64,000 nt of DNA from the NCBI GenBank assembly GCA_040954595.2, contig CM082586.2:991630-1055629 (forward strand), given 5' to 3'. The translations under genes and the position numbers were made by a program. Of the stretch, positions 54,201 to 64,000 are shown piece after piece. How positions within the stretch are numbered: position 1 is the stretch's first letter; each line of letters opens with the position of its first letter. The notes below the pieces were generated by a model that saw only the letters and a list, made by a program, of their open reading frames with translations, was not told the origin of the DNA and did no database searches. This stretch comes from Balanoglossus misakiensis (Eukaryota; Animalia; Hemichordata).

Positions 54201-54927
54201 TGATACCCAGACCGTTCCAATTAAAGGCACATGATTTTCCTTTGTAGTTAAGGCGGCTGCATGAGAATCAAATATTTTACTACATATTTACGACCTACAT
54301 GTAAGTCTCGTAAGATCTTAAATGTTTGAGGTGTTCCTGAAGACATAAATTGTAAATAAAGTACATGTATCGTTCAATTTGGCAATTATTTCTGATATAA
54401 GGATTTTTGAACTTCAAGTGGAATATTAAATCAAATCAGTCGATCAGACCACCTAGGATATTAACTCATTTTAAATTAATGTATACATTCCAAACGGTTA
54501 CCGAGCCGTATTTTAATCTTGCAAAGAAAATTGTGAAATGATGAAGGTAGTGACCACCTACCTCGTAGATTACATAGCATTTTAATATAGCCAAGAACCA
54601 TGATACAATTTAAGGGAGTTATTACATTTACTTGTGATCTGATCCTCACGGCTTTTTGCTGGTGCCCAGTTTTGTTAACAATCAACCACAGTGCTTCATA
54701 CGCCACTCTTGATTAATTCTGCCACTGGCACTGACAAGAAAGCGTTGGAAAATTACCCCAACCCAGCTACGCCAGCTATCCCCAATTGCGCACTTCAATT
54801 TGAATGTATTATACATCCCCTCAATTCAGGATTATTTTTCCTCTTTCGTATGCTACGCAAAATTAGGTCACGAGAGCTCTCACTTATTTCCGACGTGACT
54901 TGGAACCTGTAAACTCAACTTCATATC

Positions 54928-55199
54928 TTAAAGGGGAGGTTCGCCTGAACTGTACATGTGCGACTTTTCTGTTTATTAACAGGCCATCACATTCAATGCC
55001 TCCCACTGTGCAGGGAGACCCTGTCAACCAATGCATGTTGTATCAAAGTAAGAATTGTTCGCAATGATGTCAGTGTAATACACAGTAACAACCATGTTGT
55101 CTAAAATGATATACATTGTATCAGTTACACTTAGTGCCTACCGTACTTTACTTGTTAGCAACTGTGGCGCAGTCGCAGAGGGACGACACCTGCCCTTAA
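54928..55199. mobile_element. TTAA-flanked non-autonomous DNA transposon (Kolobok-like MITE), ~270 bp
   Basis: TTAA|AGGGGAGGTTCGCC ... GACGACACCTGCCC|TTAA with imperfect terminal inverted repeats. Related-looking ends occur at ~53798 (ttaaagggggagtgctggtgtcc) and ~55740-55984 (shared actgtggcgc; ends gcaccttaa). Confidence 0.5.
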
Positions 55200-58100
55200 T
55201 CCTTGGAATGAAATGAATTGTTGATGGCTCCAGATGTTTGGATAAGTCATTTGCTTTGTTTCAAAACCTCAGAAAAGTTTGGGTTGTGGTGATGTAGTGT
55301 GATAATCAGTTGAATTTCTTGGTGGCCTTTCAGGTGTGATTTAGTAGGTGCAATTTGTTCTCGTGGAGACTTTTTTGAAACAAGTTCTCTGTGTGACGGA
55401 TCTGTATCTGGAAAGGGAGGGGGACAGGTTACAATTGATGTGAAAGAGAATGAAATTTATACTCTGTCTCTGAGGTACAATCGTAATACACCTTATCAAT
55501 GCAGCACAAAAGCTTTGTGCATGCACATCAGAACAAAAATCACACTAGAGAACAGCCAGGAAATTATTAAGTGGAAGACCAAAGATTAGATTGGGCAAAG
55601 GTTAGATTCGCCCATAAAAGTAGGCAGTATGTTACCATGAATCAAAACAGAATTCCATGTAAAGTACACAGGGAAATTTGTAATGAGAAACTGGCTCACA
55701 TTTGGAGGAATGAGTCTTGAGTTTATTTATTTGAATACTTCAGGTTCTCCAGCTGTCGGAACTGTGGCGCGGACTGAGATGGCGTACACAGAGCACGCAC
55801 CACTGTATAACAAATTCACTGATTTGGATCAAGTAGTACATCTGTACGTCCAAGATAAATGTTCTTGTCTATACACATTGAACAAATAATTGAGATTGCA
55901 CGTTCAGTTGTTTTTCCAGTCATGTAATTCGATATCACGATTTGACTTAGCCAGTCATACATTATTTTTCCAGCAGCACCTTAAAGTGAACTTGACATAT
56001 ATTCGACAAACAACGGCAACTCTTTGAGGGGCTAAGATTTCTGCTCAACTGAATGTTACAGAATTTACATAAAAAACACTAGACTAGTTTAACCTCTTGA
56101 CTATCTATAATGCCGGAAATTTCTGGCACCATGTTTAATTTCTGTATACCTTGCCTACCAGAATATTCCAGCACAATTTAATGGGGATCTGTAGTCTGAT
56201 GGTTGCCAAAGGGAGCAAGATATTGGTGTCAGGATCAAAATTACAGTAGCCGCAATGTCTGCAATGTTAAAGCTGCGTGGGAAATGATGAAATTCTATAT
56301 GCAAAAGTATTCCCAGGTATAAGTCATTTTTATGAGTATAATCATTGATAATGATTTTTATACCCGGTTGTATGAACAGACTAATCCACTCACCAAGGGA
56401 GAGTTGTCGTGTCAGCTTCGTAGTCAGCTTATTGCAAAAGTAATCTTCGCAAATGTAAATTAATCGTGATGAGAAGTCAGTCGCTGTAAATGTTTAATGG
56501 CATGGTTGGCTCATTGTACCATGGCTAATCGTAGTTTGGAGACATGACTGTGTGATATTGTTCTAATGCAAAAATCGACGACACACTTTGAACGAAAAAG
56601 TAACACTTTTTTAGATTTGTGTTACAAGCTACTTTAGTTCAGATAGAAATAGGTCATTGCCAACTTTTTTGTAAAATTTGCTCTAATAGATGGATTGAAG
56701 AAGTTAAACTTCAAATTGCATTACAAAAATAGTTAAACTTAATCAAGCTCGAAATGTGAGTATTTATCTGATGACAGGTATCTCCCTCTAAATCTACATT
56801 CATAAATTTAACATCAATTAGTGTAATTTGCTAATAAATACTTTTTCAGCTCTGTTACGGATTAGTCATCCTCCCATTGGTGGAAACTAAGGATATCGTT
56901 TGAAATGACACACTTTCCGGGGGAAATTGGATAAACTCGCCAGCAAGAATAAATCTTTAAGCATCACTTTTTGACACTTCTTTCATTGAAGCAATTTGGC
57001 ACTTTGTATTGTCTGCTGGTACGCTGAGGAAATAAAAAGAATCATAAAAAATTAAACATCCGTGGCAAGCACATGGGTAAATCAGACAACATTTCCGTTT
57101 AGCTGTGAAAGCACAATGTAGGCATCTGGATAAAACAGTCGCACTTATTACCCTCAATCGACTACATGCTGAATTACTGCAGCAGATGTAAGGAGAATAG
57201 CTGAATATATTGACCTTTAAAAATGTGGGAACACAGATATATGAGAGACGAAGTTTTTTCAACTAAACAAGGGTGAGCACCGAGAATTTCTGCACAAATT
57301 AATGACCATTTTCTCGTCGCTGCAAGGAATCTTTAATTTCCATGGTTACCTTATTCTTCACGACATATCAAATATTCTGAAAAAATACACAGTGACGCAT
57401 GACATGTTTTGCTCAGAAACAACCTGATCGCACACTGAGAATTCTTTTGAATTTCATGTAGTTACCTGGAATTTATGTGCCCAATTATGGTTGAAAAGTG
57501 CTTGTGAACTTGTCATTGTCACGGCCATTTGCTGACGCACATTTTTGCTCCACCCCTCCAGTAGAAATCTCTGATTCGGTATAATAAGTCTGTCGTATAT
57601 GGTGCCTGTGACTAGACTTCTCAGGCAGTTGTGTTGCCTTCGACCATTTTCGATTCTCATTCTCTCGCACGATTGTTCATCGACTACTGCATGGTTTATA
57701 CACAATTCTCTTTGAATTCTTGTGCCAACCATGTTACAATGCCATTGATAAGTGAACAACATCATAGTAAAAAATCGTTTTAACATAGAAACCATGATGT
57801 TTCCAATATAAATTGTACAGGCATGACAGTCCTTCCTTAAAAGATAAAATACTGTTATTAACAAGACAAAAGTTTATGTCAAAATTTCGATTACAAGATA
57901 TACAAATTCGGTTTGGTCTCCTTTTACAGTAATGGGCTGACTAAGAGATACGTCTTGTTTTTGACCCCCAAGTCTTACGCATGTCTTTGATGTGTACATG
58001 ATGTACCTCCTTCGTCAATGCTTAAGGATATTCCTATCAAGTCTAAGTGAGTCTACTTACAGATGAATAATAAGCTTACGGATATTCCTATCAAATTACT

Positions 58101-61100
58101 AATGGTGTATGTGCTTGCAGATGAAACACTCTTTTCGAAAGAAGCGGACGGAAGTCATGATCAAAATGTGGTTGGTGCGTTACGGAAACTCGGCCTACTT
58201 GTCAAATAGTCTATCATCTACCATGCCTGAGAAAACTGTGCGAAAGCGCCTTTGGTCATAATTTATAAGTAATACATCAGATGATATTAAACAGACCTTC
58301 TTTCCTATGCCAATCAAACCTTCCCTTTCCCCATTAAATTAGTAATGAGGATCGTAATGGGTCGCAGAATGCAACAATTTGCACAAGCTATTACTCGACT
58401 AATTTTGGTTCATTTTGTTTTGAATTCAGATGACAGATTGTTGCATATTCTGAACGTCAAACATCAACAAATATAGACAACACTCTTCTTTAAGCATGCT
58501 ACAGAACTCCACATTGAATTACTACTATGCATTGTAATAGATCCCTTCGGTACATTAATGCAGAAGTATACTTGCTAGGCATGAACAAATACTGTAAGCA
58601 AGTGCAAGGTCATGAGGAATAAATTGCTACATCGCAAACCTTGGCGCTGTCAATAACAGAAAGACAGATGGATGTCAGGTCTTTGACCTCTATTATTGGA
58701 GAAGGGCGATTAAAAAAATATTAGCGGTCAGGGTTAAGTTCTTTAAATTGCAATTTGTCAGTTTGTCAATTAACCACCACAAAATAGTTTTCAGGCAAAC
58801 TATCGTTTTGTTAGAACCATCTGTCTATAGAAATACACAGTAGAAATGTTTTGATTTGAGTAAGTTGTGCCAAAAGTATTGATTGTTTGTTTCCAACTAC
58901 ATGTATTTGACCAACAGGCTTCAAAAACGACTGAATATCCAGAGTTTTGTAATGACAACCTAATACTGAAGCCATTGACATGTCTGAGTGTTAAATTGTC
59001 ATCTATAAGTTGGTGTCAACTTCTTTTAGAACTTAAATGGCGTTAATAGGCAGCAATGTAATACAACGGTTGTACATCAGACATCACATGCAAGGTCACA
59101 GTTTCCTTGACTGTCCCTCATTTTCAAAGGGTCAATGACATATTTTTAACAACGGGGAGACGCCTCAAGTTCCAAAACTGCCGCGCTAGCCAATTATCAA
59201 GTGAACATCACTCGGTTTCAGAGACACCTGGGGACTGACGCGCACAGCGTAACATCCAATGAATATTGGTATTGTAAATCTGTATACGTCTTCGTGCACT
59301 CCTCAAAATTATGACACACCTGGGAACCATATTGCAGAAGTGATTCCCAACATTCATTATAGTAGCACCAACAGTCGTTCACATTTCGAGTTTCGCGGAA
59401 GGATCGTGATATTCTGCAGCACATTCATCAAGCAGCATGTAATAAAAGACATACAACCGGCCCATATGGCTCAACTGATTATATCAGTCACAGAAGACAT
59501 GCGTGCAAAGTGGATATCAATCCTTGTAGCTGTGGGCTTTTCATATACAGGTTGTCAAATATGATAAATTTGGCAATGTCTCGTGCATGTAATCTTTTCC
59601 TTGAAGCCACTTTTGTTTTTTGTGCAAACCTTATTATCTCTCCATCGACATCATTTGTTACCGTATAGCTCCTATCATCTGTGCAATGACAGTATTCCCC
59701 AAGTGATACCCGCTCAGGATTTCACAAGAAAGATAAACGAAAAAGAGGTACTAGTATCTATCCATGAAATCGTGTGCATTCATAATGTATCTTCAAGTCG
59801 TCGCTTATGATATATGTTTGTAATCTCTAAGCTCTCTCAAATAATTACCATATGTACAGCACAGCGAACTGTCACCCATCGATCAGGTGAAAATACAGGC
59901 TCTTCACTGCGAGAACAAAAGAAAGTGGCAAATACAACTATTGTATGTATGATAATAACCAGGACGTAGTGAACTGCAAAATGTTTTTCATAGTTAATGC
60001 AAGTCAGTTAAAGGTAATTTTAAAGAAAATTTACAGTCATGTATAACGCCACGCCTGGATTAGGCAAGCTGTTCACTTTCCAGCAATTTTCGTGCATGAT
60101 AATAGTCGTGATTTATGAAGGTTTGAGAAAGCTGTTGTTATACAAACAATGCTGCTCGTGTTCATGGCCTGAAAGCCCAGACTTGTATAGTTCTGAGCAG
60201 GATGTTTATAGCAACAGCTAAATAAATCACGTCGCAAATTCATCTGTTAAAGCTTGTGGCAATGTTTCGACGTTAATATGCCCAATAAGCATTTACCTAC
60301 TTCACTGAAATTTACAAAGGTAAAAACCATATCAAAGGTAAAAACCATAAAAACCATATCACAAAGAAACCAGATGTGTCCTAAATAGTGCTGCTTGGAC
60401 TGCTTTGTAATTATAATCTCTCTATATTTACATTGTATATACATTATGAAGCGATTGTATATTCTAGCAGCAGGCAAGTATATATTCTGAGTGCAGTAAT
60501 ATACACAAACATCCATCAGTTCAAAGCCAAATTAAATAATTCAAATGATTTTCATCGCAATGGCCTGATTCAGTAATATATAATTCCTGTTGCTAATTGC
60601 AGATATTAGTTAAATATGTCAATTAGCTTGACTTTAAGAGTAGTATCTCTACCAAATTACCAGACAGACAGACATACATCTGTACACTTTAAATAAGCCC
60701 ACATCTTTGCATGCGGCTACGACGACTATGCTATGGGATCCAAAAGAGATTAACATGTTTTTGCCAGCGTGGCCTACTCCTTACCACCGAATGTAAATTA
60801 CAATTCTATTTCGGGTTCTCGTGAAATTGCTGCTCACCAAATGTCGACTGGAGTTCTATTCCTGTTTGTACATTATCATTCATCGAAATAATGCAAAGCC
60901 CTGACCTGCTCACACATGTATACATGACGTTAAAAATATTGTTATTCAAATGTTATTTTCACCAATGTACTGGCATGTTTTTGATTAAAGTATATTTATA
61001 AAATCATACTTTTCGAAGTAAATGCTTCTTCAAATGGCATATTACAATAAATGAACAGATGTTTCTTTGTATTACACTGGACACCATAGCAAACAATGCA

Positions 61101-63409
61101 TCTTTACTTTATTATCACATTTCCAAGTAACTTTCATATTCATTGGAAGGGTCTCCTTGAACAATGGCAATGATGTGGATGGTGTGTTTATCAACAGAAC
61201 ATGTGCATGCAGTTTAGACACACCTCCCTTTAAACCACTGCTAAGAGATGGCATCAGGTGTCCGCAATGCAAAGCATAGTCTGCTAGCATGCTACACCCA
61301 TCAAGTATTGACCCCATGAGACAACTACAAGTCGCATTCAGTTGAACCACCACATTACTTTAGTGAGCCAAACCCAGGAATACTGTCATTCATCATTTAA
61401 GTAACAGACATCTTTATGTCTACCATAATAACTTATTGAATGATCCTTCAAAAGTACTTTCGGAGAATCCGTCTCACAAGCTTTGATGCTACATGTAATA
61501 AGCTGTCTCACTCAAAAGTCATAAAATACATCTCAAGGTCTACTGCATCTCCATGTCACAGGATGAGTTTAAACATATTTGATGTCATCGATGTTACACA
61601 GTGACCTGAACTCATCGATTGACCGAGTGAATGTATAGTCATCTCTGTACGAGCCTTCTGAGTACCACCTGCAAGACTGTATTCAAACATTGCAAATAAC
61701 CAGCCTCTTTAGAGACCGTGTGTATGAATTTTCTCCTTGATCAAATTGGACCACAGTTGTGTCTTAGTTTGATGTATCAGACGTGTTTCACATTGCAATG
61801 TCACATCTCTGCAAGCAAATACTCATATATGGATGATGCCCTATCTGGAAATCCGCAGAGTGGTCCAGCAGTAAAAAGTATGGATCAATGCGGCCGTCCA
61901 ACAAAGATCGATTTCAATTATGATAAAACTCGCAAGTTTAGGGACACATGGGGGTGTATGTATGCATAGACAAAATAAATTGAGCCATTCGCTGTATCTT
62001 GGGGATCAACTTATAAATACCATGAATCTACAAATGAATAACGTCGATAACTCCAGACAATTGCATCCGTATCCTTATCTTTTACGGCATCATCCATACT
62101 AGAGCACAGTTTCTGATATTAATAAGTAGACCATTATTAAATTATCATTAGAATCTTAACACAACTGGCGACATGTTGTCTGAATGTACTATGCGCACAA
62201 ATTGTGAAGTTTAAGACGCAAAACTTGTAGTCAGAACTATGATATAATTACTAAATTTACCTCAACTTATGCATGTTAATGTTTACCTTCAGCAAATTCT
62301 GTACTGTGAACCATGTCAGTTACTCGGTGGAATTGCTGGAGTGTTGCATTAATGTTGTGCTGTGTTGTGTTACGTACGTTACATTACTTTATATGCTGTT
62401 ATGTTGTGCAATTAAGTCTGTGCTACAGCTATTCAACACCCCTTCTTGAATTCTAACCAAGAGCAGCAGTGCTCACCTAGATAACCATCATCATCTGAAT
62501 GTTAAGGTAACACTTTGTGTTACCATGCTCCGTGTTAATGATGTTTGCAGCTGTGTCACAGTGTTGGATCAGTGGCAAAGTGAATATCAGACAAGAGATA
62601 TAAATAGGCCAGGTAGATAACATGCAAAATGCACACCATGCCAAATTCCAAGGTTAGTGATATGGACAAAGGCATGTAACCGGAATAGAGCCAACTTTGA
62701 TAGGATATTTACATTACTATCTTTAAGGTAGCATGGACGCTTTTGTGACCACAAGAAGCTTCGACAGGGTATAAAAGGTAGTGTGGTATGTTATGTGACC
62801 ACACTGTCTGCCATCAAATTTGCTGGCAAATATCATAGCAAAGACCTACCTGTATATCGATGGAAAATCCTTTATGTGAATGATATGTATCATCACAGCG
62901 TGTTGTTTAATTGTCTTAGATGTAAATATAACAGATTTGATTGGGCCATGCGCAACGTATAACCGGTTGCCATTGAAAGGGACAAAGTTGCTCATATTTG
63001 ACAATTTGGTTTTTGTAGTTTCATTTGATGGCTTTACAGTGTATGTTGTTCAGTTCAGTTGTATAAATTGTTGCAAGTATAACAAAACCTTGTTAACACC
63101 AGGGAAAAAATGAGGTTGTGTTGTGTGTGTGTGTGTGATTTGTTTTGGGCGTTGCATTCTTATCACTAAGCATTCATTGCAATCTAGACACAGGTGGCTT
63201 TTCATTTTCACTGTGAACGGGAAAAGCATACAAAGTGTTTCTTTTTTACTGTGTTGATCGACATAAAATCGATGGTCAGTACATTCCTTCTGTGTAGCTC
63301 GATCTGTTTCCATTGGAAGTGAATACATGACACAGCATCAGTTTAATGATTTAAATTAACATATCGAGTCTATTTTCAGCATCCTTGGAGTCAGATCTAT
63401 ATTTATTTT

Positions 63410-63521
63410 GCAATTATGTATACTTGTGGACCGATGGCCTATAGCATATTTTAATATATTAGTAAGCAATTATGTATACTTGTGGACCGATGGCCTATAG
63501 TATATTTGAATATATTAGTAA
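63410..63521. repeat. Tandem duplication, 56-bp unit x2
   Basis: gcaattatgtatacttgtggaccgatggcctatag(c/t)atattt(t/g)aatatattagtaa at 63410 and 63466. Confidence 0.92.
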
Positions 63522-64000
63522 TACATGTAATACAATTCGTGTGGCACGCACAAGGGATTTGAAATACATTGTGTTCTGCTTATTTTATTCTCCTCCAGAT
63601 ATCATGAATATATTTGGAGGCAAAAATCTGAAGGAGAATGTAGGATTGTATAAGTTGGCAGTACGCACTAAAGTTGGTGAATTTAGAAACACCAGTTCAC
63701 TCAAGTCTAGCCCCTTTTTGTGTTTTTGATGTACAGATAACATGCCTTCATTAACATTCAGTGGAAGCAATAAAGTGGTGCGTCCTCTAGAGGCCAATAA
63801 AGAAAATGAAAACTTGCAAATTCATCAGGCACATCTCTTGGTACTTGTCCCTCCTGCGAGACACTGGCAATACACATAGTCCCACTAACGTCAAATGTTA
63901 TTCACTTCAGCTCTTGAGTTTGTCCTTGATCAATACGCAACCCCAGGCCCTTGAACTCCAAATACTTATTTGACTTAACAGAGTTTTTTCACGTTTTTCT

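Noticed and set aside
57454-57864. 136-aa minus-strand ORF upstream of the channel gene
   Set aside because: No recognisable domain and no phase-compatible link to the channel, whose signal-peptide exon is already accounted for.
61067-61353. Cys-containing short ORFs on both strands
   Set aside because: No coherent zinc-finger or transposase motif spacing and no supporting neighbouring exons.

Overview
AT-rich, intron-rich animal genomic DNA. The gene and repeat style suggests an invertebrate deuterostome, but this is inference only. I rebuilt six spliced genes by hand from splice sites and reading-frame phase. (1) An 11-exon minus-strand membrane-anchored alpha/beta-hydrolase-fold protein whose nucleophile elbow reads G-S-E-L-G, so it is probably a pseudoenzyme. 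(2) A 6-exon TDP2 gene head-to-head with it, whose first intron is GC-AG. (3, 4) Two tandem small secreted prohormone-like genes that the ORF track barely shows. They share intron phases 1/1/2 and predict ~31-33 aa peptides with the pattern [LI]F-x-x-L-x4-G...VP[VL]SIL-R, a candidate unrecognised neuropeptide family and the main finding. (5) A 218-aa single-pass membrane protein with an NPxF motif and a C-terminal PDZ-binding motif. (6) A 9-exon minus-strand GlyR-like Cys-loop anion-channel subunit that lacks the canonical amino-acid-binding residues. Also present: a degenerate LINE fragment, TTAA- and TA-flanked MITE-like elements, mini- and microsatellites, and strong enrichment of the TACATGTA and TACCGGTA palindromes. 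No RNA genes or CRISPR arrays were recognised.
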